Positions 32,596 through 45,100 of a DNA stretch of 64,000 nt are shown here, piece by piece (within the stretch, counting starts at the first letter, position 1; each line of letters begins with the position of its first letter). A program made the translations under genes and the position numbers. Below the pieces are notes generated by a model, which searched no databases, was not told the origin of the DNA, and was given only the letters and a program-made list of their open reading frames with translations. Source of the stretch: an uncultured Anaerolineaceae bacterium (lineage in GTDB: Bacteria; Chloroflexota; Dehalococcoidia; Tepidiformales; Tepidiformaceae); assembly GCA_964507025.1 (NCBI GenBank), contig CAZDOK010000003.1, positions 115,123-179,122 on the forward strand. Reading direction: 5' to 3'.

Positions 32596-34598
32596 GTCCC
32601 GCTCCCGGGAGGCCGGGCCTGCCACCCCCTGCCGGGCGCCCCTCGCGGGTGGTGATCGAACGGGTCAGGCCCGAGGTCGACGCGGGCCGCTTCGCGGCGA
32701 AGCGCGTTGAGGGAGATACCGTCGAGGTCACAGCCACGATCTTTGCCGATGGCCACGAGGTCCTGGCTGCGGAGGTGCTTTTCCGCCGCGAGGGAGAGCG
32801 ATCGTGGTCCCGCGCATCAATGTGCCCGACCGTTAACGACCGCTGGGAGGGCGCCTTCCCGGTGCCCTCCATCGACCGGTATGCGTACACCGTGGAGGCA
32901 TGGATTGACCGCTACACGACCTGGCTCGAGCGGCTGGAGAAACGGCACGCGGCCGGCCAGGACCTCCAGGTCGAGTTCGAAGTCGGGGCGAGCATGCTGG
33001 CACGCGCGGCGGAACCCGCCCCCCGGTCCGATGCCCGTGTGCTGAATGAGGCCGCGGGCCGGCTCCCGTCGCTGGGGGCCGATGAGGGCGTCGCGCTCGC
33101 GCGGAGCGTGGCGGACGTCGCCCGGCGCCACCAGTCGCGGGGCTCCGTGGCGCGGTACTCCCGCATGCTGTCGCTGGTGGTCGAACGCGAACGTGCCGGG
33201 TTTGGCGCCTGGTACGAGTTCTTCCCCCGCTCGTTCGGGAAGGAGGGCGCCCACGGCACGTTAGCCGATGCGGAGAGTGTGCTGCCGTACATCCAGTCGA
33301 TGGGCTTCGACGTGGTGTACCTGCCGCCCATCCACCCCATCGGCACGTCTAACCGTAAGGGCCTGAACAACGCGCTCGAAGCCGCGCCAGGCGACCCGGG
33401 CAGCCCATGGGCGATCGGCTCAGAGGCGGGAGGTCACTGTGCCGTGCACCCCGAACTCGGCACGCTCGATGACTTCCGCCGCTTCCGCGAGAGGGCTGAG
33501 GGGCTCGGGCTGGACGTGGCGCTCGACCTTGCCTTTCAGTGTTCTCCTGACCACCCCTGGGTGTCCGAACACCCGGAGTGGTTCGAACACCTGCCCGACG
33601 GCTCAATTCGCCACGCCGAGAATCCGCCGAAGAAGTACGAAGACATCGTCCCGTTCGATTTCGAGTGCGACGAGTGGACCGCGCTCTGGGAGGCGCTCCG
33701 GGGAGTGGTCGCGTTCTGGATACGCCAGGGCGTGCGGATCTTCCGCGTCGACAATCCTCACACCAAGCCGTTTGCCTTCTGGGAGTGGCTGATCGACTCG
33801 ACCCGGCGCGATCACCCCGACGTCATCTTCCTCTCCGAGGCCTTCACGCGGCCGGCGGTCCTGCACTACCTGGCGAAGCTCGGCTTCAGCCAGTCGTACA
33901 ACTACTTCGCCTGGCGCAATACCCGCGATGAGCTGACCAGCTACGTGAACGAACTCATGACCGAGCCCGGACGCGACTATCTCCGCCCGAATTTCTGGCC
34001 GAATACGCCCGACATCCTGACGGGCTACCTGCAGGCTGGCGGGCGGCCCGCGTTCATGGTCCGGCTGGTGCTGGCGGCCACGCTCGGCGGGAGTTACGGC
34101 CTCTACGGGCCCGCGTTCGAGCTCTGCGAGGACCGGCCGCGCGAGCCCGGGTCGGAGGAATACCTCGATTCCGAGAAGTACCAGCTTCGCCGGTGGGACC
34201 TCGCGAATCCGTGGAGCCTGCGCGACTTCATCGGCCGGGTGAACGGCATCCGACGCCAGAGCCCGGCCTTCCGCAACGATGCGCGGTTCCGCTTCCACGA
34301 AACGGATAACGACCGGCTCATCTGCTACAGCCGCACCGCGCCCGGCGGCGAAACCGTGGTTGTGGTGGTCAACCTGGACCCGCACTTCAAGCAGACGGGG
34401 CACATCGAACTGGACCCGGCGGTGGTGCGCGTAGAGCCCGGGACGCAGTTCCAGGCCCACGACCTTTTGGGCGGTGGGCGTTACCTCTGGCAGGGAAGCC
34501 GGAATTACGTTGAACTGGATCCAGCAGTCACCCCGGCGCACATCTTCCTGTTGAGGACAGAGCGCCGCTCGGAGCGCGACTTCGAATACTTCCTGTAG
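32592..34598 (+). CDS. glgE: Alpha-1,4-glucan:maltose-1-phosphate maltosyltransferase
   Basis: [21 protein letters not shown]-domain, [30 protein letters not shown] and IFLSEAFT. Followed by treS-mak and glgB. Confidence 0.92.
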   Translation: MSPAPGRPGLPPPAGRPSRVVIERVRPEVDAGRFAAKRVEGDTVEVTATIFADGHEVLAAEVLFRREGERSWSRASMCPTVNDRWEGAFPVPSIDRYAYTVEAWIDRYTTWLERLEKRHAAGQDLQVEFEVGASMLARAAEPAPRSDARVLNEAAGRLPSLGADEGVALARSVADVARRHQSRGSVARYSRMLSLVVERERAGFGAWYEFFPRSFGKEGAHGTLADAESVLPYIQSMGFDVVYLPPIHPIGTSNRKGLNNALEAAPGDPGSPWAIGSEAGGHCAVHPELGTLDDFRRFRERAEGLGLDVALDLAFQCSPDHPWVSEHPEWFEHLPDGSIRHAENPPKKYEDIVPFDFECDEWTALWEALRGVVAFWIRQGVRIFRVDNPHTKPFAFWEWLIDSTRRDHPDVIFLSEAFTRPAVLHYLAKLGFSQSYNYFAWRNTRDELTSYVNELMTEPGRDYLRPNFWPNTPDILTGYLQAGGRPAFMVRLVLAATLGGSYGLYGPAFELCEDRPREPGSEEYLDSEKYQLRRWDLANPWSLRDFIGRVNGIRRQSPAFRNDARFRFHETDNDRLICYSRTAPGGETVVVVVNLDPHFKQTGHIELDPAVVRVEPGTQFQAHDLLGGGRYLWQGSRNYVELDPAVTPAHIFLLRTERRSERDFEYFL

Positions 34599-34611
34599 GG
34601 AGGGAGAACGC

Positions 34612-37600
34612 TTGACCAGCCCCACCCGCGCTGCCGCCGCAGCCAGTGTTGAACCGGCGAGCGATCCCCTTTGGTTCAAGGATGCTGTCATCTACGAGGT
34701 GCACGTCCGCGCTTTCATGGATGCGGACGGCGATGGGATGGGCGACTTCGCGGGCATGACGCAGAAGCTGGACTATCTCCAGGAACTCGGGGTCACGGCG
34801 ATCTGGCTCCTGCCGTTCTACGAATCCCCTTTGCGAGACGATGGGTACGACATCGCGGACTACCGCAAGATCCACCCTTCGTACGGCACGCTGCGTGACT
34901 TCAAGCGGTTCCTGGCCGAAGCGCACGCTCGGGGCCTGCGCGTCATCACCGAACTGGTGATCAATCACACGAGCGATCAGCACGCCTGGTTTCAGCGGGC
35001 GCGGCGGGCGCCGGAAGGCAGCGCCTACCGCGACTACTACGTGTGGAGCGACACGGCGACGGAGTACTCCGAGGCGCGAATCATCTTCAAGGACTTCGAG
35101 CGTTCGAACTGGACGTGGGACCCGGTTGCCGGGCAGTACTACTGGCACCGCTTCTATTCGCACCAGCCCGACCTGAACTTCGATAACCCGCGCGTGCGCC
35201 AGGAGATCCTCGACCTCGTCGACTACTGGTTTGCGATGGGCGTGGATGGATTCCGGCTCGATGCCGTGCCGTACCTGTTCGAACGCGAGGGCACCAGCTG
35301 CGAGAACCTGCCCGAGACTCACGCCTTCCTGAAGGAGCTGCGGGCCCACGTCGACCGGAAGTTCCCGGGCCGGATGCTGCTCGCCGAGGCCAACCAATGG
35401 CCCGAGGATGCAGCCCGCTACTTCGGCGATGGCGACGAATGCCACATGGCCTACCACTTCCCGCTCATGCCGCGCCTCTTCATGGCGGTCCGCATGGAGG
35501 ACCGGTTCCCCATCACCGAGATCCTGGACCAGACGCCCGAGATCCCTGAGAACACCCAGTGGGCCCTCTTCCTCCGCAACCACGATGAGCTCACCCTCGA
35601 GATGGTCACCGACGAAGAGCGCGACTACATGTACCGGGTATATGCGGCAGAGGACCGCGCGCGCATCAACCTGGGCATCCGCCGCCGGCTGGCGCCGCTT
35701 CTTGGCCACAACCGCCGCCTGATTGAGCTGATGAACGCCCTGCTGCTCTCGATGAATGGCACGCCCGTCATCTACTACGGCGACGAGCTCGGGATGGGCG
35801 ACAACATCTACCTGGGCGACCGCGACAGCGTGCGGACGCCGATGCAATGGAGCGCCGACCGCAACGCGGGGTTCTCGCGCGCCAACCCGCAGCGGCTCTA
35901 CCTGCCGGTGATCATCGATCCCGAGTATCACTACGAGTCGATAAACGTCGATGCCCAGCAGGCGAACCCGTCGCTCTTGCTCTGGTGGATGCGCCGCCTG
36001 ATCGCGTTGCGCACGCGCTACCGGGCCTTCAGCCGGGGCTCGATGACCTTCCTCGATACAGACAACCGGCGGGTGCTGGCGTTCCTCCGGGAGCACGATG
36101 GCGAGCGCATCCTGGTTGTCGCGAATCTGTCGCGATTTACGCAGGCCGTGAACGTGAACATCGGCGCCTGTGCGGGCCTCACGCCGGTCGAGATGTTCGG
36201 CCACACCCACTTCCCGCCCGTCACGCATGACCCGTACTTCCTCTCGCTGGGTCCCCATGCGTTCTACTGGTTCCTGCTCGAACCGGCATCGGGGCACGTC
36301 CAATCCGAACCGGGACAGGCCCCACCACTGATGGTGGACCGTGACTGGCAGGAACTGATCAACGGCCGCCGCAAGTCGCTCGAAGCCGCACTCTCTGTCT
36401 ACCTTCCCGGGCGCCGGTGGTTCGGCGCGAAGGCGCGCAATGCCCGGCGGCTGACGATCATCGAGGCCATTCCCTTCCGCACCCGCGGCGCGCCCGAGTC
36501 GGCCTACGTGCTGGCGCGCGTCGAGTACGACCAGGGCGAGCCGGATTGCTACGCCATCCTGCTTTCGGCCGTGCAGACCGACAGGGCCGCGGCCATCGAG
36601 AGAACCGTCCCGTGGGCGTTGATCACGACCATCGAAGACCGCGGCGGAACGGTGCTTCATCTCGTCGATGGGCTCGCGCTGCCCGAAGTCGCGTCAGCGT
36701 TCCTCGATGCGTTCCGGTCGCGCGCGAAATTCTCCAGCGCGAAGGGAACACTGGCCTTTTCCGTTGAGCCGGGCTTCCGCTACCGGCCCGGACCCGATGA
36801 ACCGCCTGCGGCGATCCACCGGGGAGAACAGAGCAACACCTCGGTCATCTACCCCGGCCGGTTCATCCTCAAGTTCATCCGCCGCGTCGAACCCGGCATC
36901 CACCCACAGGTCGAGATGCAGCAATTCCTGCGCGGCACGGAATTGGGCGATTCGGTGCCCCACCTGGCCGGGACCATCAGCTACTCGACGCCGGGACAGA
37001 AAGCGGCCGTGTCGGGAGTCCTCGAGGAGCTGGTGACGGCGCAGTACGACGCATGGACGTTCGCGGTCGACGAACTTGGGCGGATGTTGGAGGAGGTTGC
37101 GGCCGCGCGGATAGACCCGCCGGCGGTGCCCCGCCGCTCGCATCCGTTGGATGCCCCGGCCACTCCGCCTGTCATGCGGGAGGCTTCCGCATCGTGGCTG
37201 CAGTTCGCGCGCACCCTTGGCGAACGGACGGGCCACCTCCACGCCGCGCTCGCATCCGACCGCGAGAATCCCGCGTTCGCGCCGGAGCGGTACACGCCGT
37301 TCTACCAGCGAGCGCTGGCACAGGCATTCCGGGGCCAGGCGCGAGACGCCTTTCGTGTGCTGCGGGGGAAACTCGATGCCCTGGAAGAGGCCTCACGCGA
37401 ACGCGCGGAAACCGTGCTCGCCGAGGAGTCGGCAATCCTCAAGCGCCTCCAGGCGGTGGCCGACCGCCCGCTCGCCAGCGCCCGGATTCGTTGCCATGGC
37501 GACCTGCACCTCGGGCAGGTCCTGATCGCCGGCCGCGAACCCATCTTCATCGACTTCGAGGGTGAACCGGTCCGCTCGCTGGGCGAACGCCGGGTCAAGC

Positions 37601-37953
37601 GCTCGCCGTTGCGCGATGTCGCGGGAATGGTGCGCTCGTTCCACTACGCCAGCCGGCACGCGTTGCGCGAGCTCGTCGAATCGCAGGCGGCCGGCTCGGG
37701 GACCGACCTCGAGGCGTGGGCGCGGGCCTGGAACCTCTGGAGCGCCGCAGAGTACCTGGGCGGCTACTTCGACGTTGCCGGTTCCACGGGGCTGCTGCCT
37801 TCCGACACCGACGAGCATCGATTCTTGCTCGATAGCTTCCTGCTCGACAAGGCACTGTACGAAGTGCGCTACGAACTCGATAGCCGGCCCGCATGGGTTG
37901 ATATCCCGCTCCAGGGGATCGTCGAACTCATGGATGTCGCTATCCTCGATTGA
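34612..37953 (+). CDS. treS: Trehalose synthase fused to maltokinase (TreS-Mak/Pep2)
   Basis: GH13 TreS motifs ([39 protein letters not shown]) in the N-terminal ~600 aa. C-terminal ~450 aa is a maltokinase-like domain ([21 protein letters not shown]). TTG start lies 5 nt after GGGAGGGAG. Confidence 0.92.
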   Translation: MTSPTRAAAAASVEPASDPLWFKDAVIYEVHVRAFMDADGDGMGDFAGMTQKLDYLQELGVTAIWLLPFYESPLRDDGYDIADYRKIHPSYGTLRDFKRFLAEAHARGLRVITELVINHTSDQHAWFQRARRAPEGSAYRDYYVWSDTATEYSEARIIFKDFERSNWTWDPVAGQYYWHRFYSHQPDLNFDNPRVRQEILDLVDYWFAMGVDGFRLDAVPYLFEREGTSCENLPETHAFLKELRAHVDRKFPGRMLLAEANQWPEDAARYFGDGDECHMAYHFPLMPRLFMAVRMEDRFPITEILDQTPEIPENTQWALFLRNHDELTLEMVTDEERDYMYRVYAAEDRARINLGIRRRLAPLLGHNRRLIELMNALLLSMNGTPVIYYGDELGMGDNIYLGDRDSVRTPMQWSADRNAGFSRANPQRLYLPVIIDPEYHYESINVDAQQANPSLLLWWMRRLIALRTRYRAFSRGSMTFLDTDNRRVLAFLREHDGERILVVANLSRFTQAVNVNIGACAGLTPVEMFGHTHFPPVTHDPYFLSLGPHAFYWFLLEPASGHVQSEPGQAPPLMVDRDWQELINGRRKSLEAALSVYLPGRRWFGAKARNARRLTIIEAIPFRTRGAPESAYVLARVEYDQGEPDCYAILLSAVQTDRAAAIERTVPWALITTIEDRGGTVLHLVDGLALPEVASAFLDAFRSRAKFSSAKGTLAFSVEPGFRYRPGPDEPPAAIHRGEQSNTSVIYPGRFILKFIRRVEPGIHPQVEMQQFLRGTELGDSVPHLAGTISYSTPGQKAAVSGVLEELVTAQYDAWTFAVDELGRMLEEVAAARIDPPAVPRRSHPLDAPATPPVMREASASWLQFARTLGERTGHLHAALASDRENPAFAPERYTPFYQRALAQAFRGQARDAFRVLRGKLDALEEASRERAETVLAEESAILKRLQAVADRPLASARIRCHGDLHLGQVLIAGREPIFIDFEGEPVRSLGERRVKRSPLRDVAGMVRSFHYASRHALRELVESQAAGSGTDLEAWARAWNLWSAAEYLGGYFDVAGSTGLLPSDTDEHRFLLDSFLLDKALYEVRYELDSRPAWVDIPLQGIVELMDVAILD

Positions 37954-37971
37954 CCGCACCCGGAGGTGCCA

Positions 37972-39894
37972 ATGCCGCCCCATACCGCCGGAATGCCGGC
38001 TTCGCTGTTCACCACCGACGATCTCTACCTGTTCAACGAGGGCACGCACACACGCCTCTACCGCTCGCTGGGCGCGCACCCCGTGGTGCGCGATGGTGTC
38101 CCGGGCGTGAATTTCGCCGTCTGGGCGCCCAATGCCCGGGCAGTGAGCGTGGTGGGTGACTTCAACGATTGGGACGAGGGCGCCCACACGCTGGGGAACC
38201 TGGGTCCATCCGGTATCTGGGAAGGGTTCGTTGCTGGCGCCTCCGAAGGCCAGCGCTACAAGTTCGCCATCACCAGCAACCTGGGCGGCACGTTTCTCCG
38301 GGCCGACCCGTTCGCATTCCACGCCGAGGAAGCGCCGGCCACGGCCTCCATCGTCCACGATCTCGCATACGAATGGGGCGATGCCGGGTGGATGGCGGGC
38401 CGGGCCGCGCACAACCGGCACGATGGACCGATCTCCATCTACGAAGTGCATCTCGGCTCGTGGATGCGGGACCCGGAGGACGACCGCCTGCTGACCTATC
38501 GCGAACTGGCGCCGAAGCTCGCGCGTTACCTGGTCGACCACGGGTTCACGCACGTCGAGTTCCTGCCCGTGATGGAGCACCCGTTCTATGGCTCCTGGGG
38601 ATACCAGACGACCGGTTACTTCGCGGCGACCGGCCGCTACGGCACGCCCCAGGACTTCATGTACCTCGTGGATGTGCTCCACCAGAACGGCATCGCCGTG
38701 ATCCTGGACTGGGTGCCCTCGCACTTTCCCTCGGACGAGTTCGCCCTCGCGAAGTTCGATGGCTCGCACCTGTTCGAGCATGCCGACCCCCGCCGCGGCT
38801 ACCACCCCGACTGGGGCAGCCTCATCTTCAACTACGGTCGCCACGAAGTCCGGGCCTTCCTGCTCAGCAGCGCCCTCTTCTGGCTCGAGGTGTTCCACGC
38901 CGACGGCCTCCGCGTGGATGCCGTGGCCTCGATGCTGTACCTGGATTACTCACGCAAGGAAGGCGAGTGGATCCCGAACGTCTATGGCGGGCGCGAGGAC
39001 CTGGACGCGATCAGCTTCCTGCGCCAGCTGAACGAGGCCGCCTACGCGTTCGACCCCGGCATCCAGATGTTCGCCGAGGAATCGACAGCGTGGCCCGGCG
39101 TCTCGCGCCCGACCTACCTGGGTGGCCTGGGGTTCGGCTTCAAGTGGGACATGGGCTGGATGCACGACACGCTCAAATACATGGCTGAAGACCCGGTGCA
39201 CCGCAAGTACCATCACAACCTGCTGACATTCCGCGCCCTGTACGGCTTCACGGAGAACTTCGTGCTCGCGCTCTCGCACGATGAGGTGGTCCACGGCAAG
39301 GGATCGTTGCTGGGCAAGATGCCGGGCGACGACTGGCAGAAGTTCGCGAACCTGCGCACGCTGCTCGCCTACATGTGGTGCCTGCCGGGGAAGAAGCTGC
39401 TCTTCATGGGCGCGGAGTTTGGCCAGTGGGCGGAATGGAACCACGAGTCCAGCCTCGACTGGCACCTGGCGGGGTACGAACGCCACAACGGACTGCAGCG
39501 CCTGGTGGGCGACCTGAATGCGCTCTACCGGGGCAGCGCCGCCCTGCACCGCACGGATTGCGACCCGGTGGGCTTCGAGTGGATCGACTGCCACGATGGC
39601 GACCAGAGCACGCTCTCCTTCGTCCGCCGCACGGCCGATGGGAAGGAGGTGCTGGCGGTGGTCTGCAACTTCACGCCGGTGCCGCGGCCGAACTTCCGCG
39701 TTGGCGTGCCCGTGTCCGGTCACTGGCGCGAAGTGCTCAACACCGATGCGCCGATCTACGGCGGGAGCGGCCAGGGCAACCTGGGCGGCCTCGACACGGT
39801 GCCGATCCCTTCGCACGACGAGCCGCAGTCGCTGCTCATCACGCTACCCCCGCTCGCGGCGGTGGTGTTCAGGGCCGAAGCATCGCCGGACTGA
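37972..39894 (+). CDS. glgB: 1,4-alpha-glucan branching enzyme
   Basis: [47 protein letters not shown] and [12 protein letters not shown] 37972 lies 5 nt after GGAGG; the track start, GTG 37966, overlaps the SD. Confidence 0.92.
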   Translation: MPPHTAGMPASLFTTDDLYLFNEGTHTRLYRSLGAHPVVRDGVPGVNFAVWAPNARAVSVVGDFNDWDEGAHTLGNLGPSGIWEGFVAGASEGQRYKFAITSNLGGTFLRADPFAFHAEEAPATASIVHDLAYEWGDAGWMAGRAAHNRHDGPISIYEVHLGSWMRDPEDDRLLTYRELAPKLARYLVDHGFTHVEFLPVMEHPFYGSWGYQTTGYFAATGRYGTPQDFMYLVDVLHQNGIAVILDWVPSHFPSDEFALAKFDGSHLFEHADPRRGYHPDWGSLIFNYGRHEVRAFLLSSALFWLEVFHADGLRVDAVASMLYLDYSRKEGEWIPNVYGGREDLDAISFLRQLNEAAYAFDPGIQMFAEESTAWPGVSRPTYLGGLGFGFKWDMGWMHDTLKYMAEDPVHRKYHHNLLTFRALYGFTENFVLALSHDEVVHGKGSLLGKMPGDDWQKFANLRTLLAYMWCLPGKKLLFMGAEFGQWAEWNHESSLDWHLAGYERHNGLQRLVGDLNALYRGSAALHRTDCDPVGFEWIDCHDGDQSTLSFVRRTADGKEVLAVVCNFTPVPRPNFRVGVPVSGHWREVLNTDAPIYGGSGQGNLGGLDTVPIPSHDEPQSLLITLPPLAAVVFRAEASPD

Positions 39895-42139
39895 CGGACC
39901 CTGCCGGCCGGGTGCCGGTGACGCCCTGCTCCTGGAGGCGGGCCAGCGCGTCCGCATCCAACCCCATCGCGGCCAGGACCTCCGCCGTGTGCTGCCCGAG
40001 TGTGGGCGCGGGCCCCGCGGCCTCGGGCCGGCCGTACTCCGCCCGGATAGGAAGCCCGGGGTAGAGGTGGAAGCCCACGTGGGCACGCTCTTCGCCCACC
40101 CAGAACCCTGCCTCGACCAGCGGTTCCAGCGAGAGGATTTCGCCCTCGCTGAGCACGGGAACCGCCACGATCCCGGCCGCGAGCAACCGGTCGACCAGCG
40201 CCGCCCGCGATTGGGTCGACGTCCATGCCGCGACGAGCTGTTCGATCTCGCCCTCTCTCGCCTGGCGGCCGGTGAGGGTGCGGAGCGCCGGGTCGCGGGC
40301 CCAGGGCTGGCCGATGGAATCGGCCAGGAGCTGCCAGTCGGTGTCCGAACGCACCTCGATAGCGACCCACTCGCCATCCGCACAGGGGAAGGCGCCGGAG
40401 GGCACACGGCCGCCGAGCCTGTTGCCGTTTCGCCGCGGCACGGTGGCGGTGCGCTGATAGTTCAGCAGGGCCTCGGAGACCAGCGGGATGAAGCCTTCGA
40501 GCTGAGCCGCCTCGATCACGCGGCCGCAGCCGTCGCGGCCGCGGGCGGCGAGCGCTGCAAGCAGGGCGATGGTGCCGGTGAGCCCGCTCACTGGGTCGCC
40601 GAGGGCGTTGCTGAGCATGACCGGCTCGCCGCCGGGGTAGCCGATCAGCGAGGTGAGCCCCGACATACCCTCGATGGTGTTGCCGAAGGTGACGTAGCCG
40701 CCCTCGGGGCCATCGCTGCCGAAGCCGGGCTGGCGGAGCATGATGAGCCCGGGGTTGTCCGCGCTCAGGCGTTCGTAGGTCAGGCCGAGCTTTTCGATGA
40801 TGCCCGCGCCGAAATTCTCGATGACGATGTCGGCCTCGTGGATGAGCCGGTGGGCGAGCTCGTTGCCGGCCGGGGTCGCGAGGTTGAGCGTGATGCCCCG
40901 TTTGCCGCGATTGACGGCATTGAAGACGTGGCTGCGTTCATGCAGGGCGAGCGCCGGGTCATCGCCCGGTGGGCGCGAGCCACGCCACCAGTCGAAGTGC
41001 GTGTGGCTTTCGACCTTGATGACGTCGGCCCCGACTGAGGCGAGGATGTGCCCCGCCAGCGGACCGGCCCACCCCATCGAAAGGTCGACGACCCGAAGGG
41101 CGCCCTCGCGCCAGGGCCCGCCCGGAGCGTGCGAGGCTCCGGCGCGGGAGTTCGTCCGCACGCGGGCCGGGGCGCCTGGCACTCGATACCGGCGGCCAGC
41201 AGGCGTCTCGACCTCGCGCCAGAATCCACGTGCCGCCAGTTGCGGCGAAGCGAGCACTTCCGGCATGTCCGGGTGGGCCGAACACGGGATGCGGTTGCGC
41301 TGAAGCTCGTGATAGACCTCCCAGCGCGTCCGCCGGGCGAGCCAGGGCAGGAGGTACTCGTCGAGCTGGCGGATGTTCTTCGAGCGTTCGCCGGGCGAGG
41401 CAAAGCGCGGGTCGTGGACCAGCTCATGGTGGCCGACCAGCCTCGCGAGCGTCACCCACTGGCTGTGGAGGGCGGCATGGATGCCGATGTGCCCGTCCTT
41501 GCAGGGCAGCGTCACGATGGTTGGCTGGTTGCGGCTATAGCGGTTGCCCACGCGGCCGCGCAGGGCGCCGTAGTATTGGAACGCGATGGAGTCGTAGATG
41601 AGGGTGGCGGCCATCCCCTCGATCTCCGAGACATCGATGAGCCCGCAGGCGTCGCCCCACCCCGCGTGGCGGGTGAGGGCCGCGATGGTGGCGTAGAGAC
41701 CTGCGATGAATTGGCCGAGGCTCACGGGCGCGGCCAGCGGCTCGCGGCCGGGTTCGCCCACCATGGTCATCCAGCCGCCGGCAGCGTACTGGGCCAGCTC
41801 AGTGGCCGGCCGCTCGCTCCATCTGGTGTCCGTGCCCCAGGGTGTGATCCACGCAACCAGCGCATGGCGGCGCAGTTCGTCGACGCGCTGCCGGGCGGCC
41901 GCGGAGACCGGGGCGTCCGTGATGAGGACGCCGCCGGGCTCGACCGCGAGCTCGGGCGTGTCGGTGTATGCCGCGCCCTCCGCGAGGAACGCGCCCATGC
42001 CTTCGGGATCGAGGGCGGTGGTGTGGGCAACCTCGGCACCGAACTGGCGCAGGAGCCACGCGGCATAGGCGGCCGCGATGCCGTGGGAGGCGACCGTGAA
42101 TCGTTGACCGGTGAGCAGGTCCATGTGGCCGCGCATCAT
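39869..42139 (-). CDS. Internally duplicated family III (CaiB/BaiF) CoA-transferase
   Basis: The C-terminal half is clearly family III ([64 protein letters not shown]). The N-terminal ~330 aa repeats the pattern more weakly ([36 protein letters not shown]). 756 aa. Confidence 0.8.
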   Translation of the reverse strand: MMRGHMDLLTGQRFTVASHGIAAAYAAWLLRQFGAEVAHTTALDPEGMGAFLAEGAAYTDTPELAVEPGGVLITDAPVSAAARQRVDELRRHALVAWITPWGTDTRWSERPATELAQYAAGGWMTMVGEPGREPLAAPVSLGQFIAGLYATIAALTRHAGWGDACGLIDVSEIEGMAATLIYDSIAFQYYGALRGRVGNRYSRNQPTIVTLPCKDGHIGIHAALHSQWVTLARLVGHHELVHDPRFASPGERSKNIRQLDEYLLPWLARRTRWEVYHELQRNRIPCSAHPDMPEVLASPQLAARGFWREVETPAGRRYRVPGAPARVRTNSRAGASHAPGGPWREGALRVVDLSMGWAGPLAGHILASVGADVIKVESHTHFDWWRGSRPPGDDPALALHERSHVFNAVNRGKRGITLNLATPAGNELAHRLIHEADIVIENFGAGIIEKLGLTYERLSADNPGLIMLRQPGFGSDGPEGGYVTFGNTIEGMSGLTSLIGYPGGEPVMLSNALGDPVSGLTGTIALLAALAARGRDGCGRVIEAAQLEGFIPLVSEALLNYQRTATVPRRNGNRLGGRVPSGAFPCADGEWVAIEVRSDTDWQLLADSIGQPWARDPALRTLTGRQAREGEIEQLVAAWTSTQSRAALVDRLLAAGIVAVPVLSEGEILSLEPLVEAGFWVGEERAHVGFHLYPGLPIRAEYGRPEAAGPAPTLGQHTAEVLAAMGLDADALARLQEQGVTGTRPAGSVSPAMLRP

Positions 42140-42169
42140 AGCGCCCCGCGCAGCGTTCGCGAACCCGGT

Positions 42170-45100
42170 TTACCAGGTGTCGACGTTGGGCCGCTTCTTC
42201 TCGCGACGCCCCGGCGGTGGTGGGACCGACTTCAGGGCCCGCGTCACCCAGGACCGTGAATCCAGCGGGTCGATGACGTCGTCGATCTCGAAGTGCGACG
42301 CGGTGTTGACGGCCTTGCCGCGCTCGTAGGAGCGGGCGACCATCTCGTCGAAGAGCCGCTTTCGCGCTTCGGGGTCTTCGATCGCGGCCAGCTCGTTGCG
42401 GTAGCCGAGTTTGACCGCGCCCTCGAGGCCCATCCCGCCGAATTCGCCGGTGGGCCAGGAGACGGTGAAGAACGGCGCCTTGAAGCTGCCACCCGCCATC
42501 GCCTGAGCGCCGAGGCCGTACGCCTTCCGCAGGATGATGGTGAACACGGGCACGCTCACGCTCGCGCCGGTCACGAACATCCGGGCGGCGTGGCGGACGA
42601 GGGCGGTCTTCTCGACTTCTGGCCCGACCATGATCCCCGGCGTGTCGCAGAGGAACAGGAGCGGGATGTCGAAGGCGTCGCAGAGCTGCATGAAGCGGGC
42701 CGCCTTGTCGGCGCCTTCGCTATCGATGGCGCCGGCCAGGTGCATCGGGTTGTTCGCCACGAGCCCCAGCGGCCGGCCCTCGATGCGGATGAGCGCGGTG
42801 ACCATGCCAGGCCCGAAGTCTCGCCGCAGTTCGAGCACCGAGCCGGCATCGGCCATCGTCTCGATGACCTTTCGCACGTCGTAGACACGCAGGCGATTCT
42901 CGGGGATGGCGCTCCGCAGCAGCCGCTGGTCGGCGCACTCCCACGCGGCAACCGGCCCCTGGAAATACGAGAGGTACTGTCTCGCCACGCGCACCGCTTC
43001 AGCCTCGTCATCGACGAGGACGTCGATGACGCCGTTTGGCGCCTGGACGCTCGCCGGACCGACTTCCTCGGGCCGGAAGATGCCGAGGCCGCCTCCTTCG
43101 ATCATCGCAGGGCCGCCCATGCCGATGTTCGAGTTCTTCGTTGCGATGACCACATCGCAGCAGCCGAGGATCGCCGCGTTCCCGGCGAAGCATCGGCCGG
43201 AGGTTATCCCAACGAGCGGCACCAGGCCGCTGAGCCTGCCGAAGTAGTGGAAAGCCATGCAGTCGAGCCCGGCGACGCCAACGCCGTCGGTGTCTCCGGG
43301 GCGCCCGCCGCCGCCTTCGGTGAAGAACACGACCGGCAGCCGGTGCTTTTCGGCCAGCTCGAACATGCGGTCTTTCTTGCGGTGGTTCTGCTGCCCCTGG
43401 GTGCCGGCCAGGACTGTGTAGTCGTAGGACATCAGGATGGCGCGCGCCTTCGCGTCGTCGAAGAGGTGACCGTTGACGCTCCCGACGCCTGCGATCATGC
43501 CGTCGGCTGGCGTCTTCTCGATGAGCTCTTCCAGCGGTCGCCGCCGCCGCTGGGCGGCAATCACCAGCGGGCCATACTCGATGAATGTGCCCGGGTCGCA
43601 GAGGTCTTCGATGTTCTCGCGGGCGGTCCGCTGACCTGTCTTGCGGCGTCGCGCGACGGCATCGGGCCGAGCCGCATCGAGGCCGACGGCGTGGCGCCGG
43701 TGGACCTCATCCAGGTCGGGCCGGATTCGATCGAGGTCGACTTCTGTCTCGGCGGCTGCTTCCTCCGTCGCGTCGCCCGTTTCCTGGATGAACACGACCG
43801 GGTGGCCGGGCATCACGGCCGCGCCGGGCGTCACGGCGACGCTCAGGACGATGCCGCCCGCATCGGCGGTGATGACGTGCTCCATCTTCATCGCTTCCAT
43901 GACCGCGACCTGCTGGCCGCGGCGCACCGCGTCGCCAGGGTTCACATCGATGGAGACGATGGTGCCCTGGAGCGGCGTGGGTATGGCGACCGTGCCATCG
44001 GGTGGAGGGGGGGCGCCGGGGGCACTGGAGGGCAGGGTCGCCTCGGCTTTCCCGTGGGCGAGGACTGCGAGGGGATCGCGGTTGTCGATCGTCGCACCCG
44101 CGCGTCCCACCGGGTTCGTGGGCGGTGGGACCGTCGCCGGGGTGGCTTCGAAGAACAGGCGGCGGTGCTCTTGCCCGCGCGGTGCCGCCAGTTCGGCGGC
44201 GTGCTCCTCGATGAAGCGCGTTGAGATCCGGTCGGCCACGAAGTCCGGGTGGTGGAAGAGGTTCTGCAGGAGCGGGATGTTCGTCGCCACGCCCTCGACG
44301 CGGAATTCGCAGAGGGCGCGATAGGTCTTCGCTACCGCGCCGGCGAAATCGCCGCCTGTGGAATGTACGACCAGCTTCGCAAGCAACGAATCGAAGTAGG
44401 GGCTGGTGGTGTAGCCGGTGTAGCCGAACGTGTCGGTTCGCAGTCCCGGTCCCGTTGGTGGCTCGAATGCGGTGAGCGTGCCCCCCGAGGGACGCGGCGA
44501 ACCGTCGGCGGCGACGGTTTCCATGTTCACCCGCGCCTGGATCGCAGAGCCTCGCGGGCGTGGGACGTCTGCCTGCTGGAGGTTGAGCGAAGCAAGCGTG
44601 GCACCCGCGGCGATGCGAAGCTGCGTGGTGACCAGGTCGATGCCCGTGACCTCCTCGGTGACCGTGTGCTCGACCTGCAAGCGGGGGTTCGCCTCGATGA
44701 AGGCGATCGCGTGGGCCCCGTAGGGCGAGCTTCCGTCGATCAGGAACTCGAACGTTCCAAGGTTCTTGAAGCGGACCGCCTCGGCCATGCGGACCGCGTA
44801 ACCGGTCAGCCGCTCGCGCAGGTCATCGGTGAGCCCGGGGCTCGGCGCAACCTCGACGAGCTTCTGGTTCCGGCGCTGGATCGTGCACTCGCGCTCCCAG
44901 AGGTGGCTGACGTGGCCGGTGCCATCGCCCACCACCTGGACTTCGATGTGGCGCGCGACCGGGATGAGCCGCTCGACATAGAGATCGCCGTTGCCGAATG
45001 CGGAACGAGCCTCGGACTGGCAGCGGGTGAAGGCTTGTTCGAGGTCCTCCTGCCGTGTGACCGGGCGCATGCCTCGCCCGCCGCCCCCTGCGACCGCCTT

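Noticed and set aside
34528-36660. 710-aa minus-strand ORF. Other very long antisense ORFs are similar: 18436..20292, 30318..31850, 37393..38898, 39518..41038, 42293..44224, 44249..45703, 46880..49612, 56573..58663, 56839..58746, 61159..62490 and 62240..63709.
   Set aside because: Each lies opposite a gene with unambiguous family signatures (TreS, SBP, M20, GlgB, CoA-transferase, carboxylase, ACAD, AddB, ABC-3). All show the Arg/Gly/Pro/Asp-rich composition of non-coding frames in high-GC DNA.
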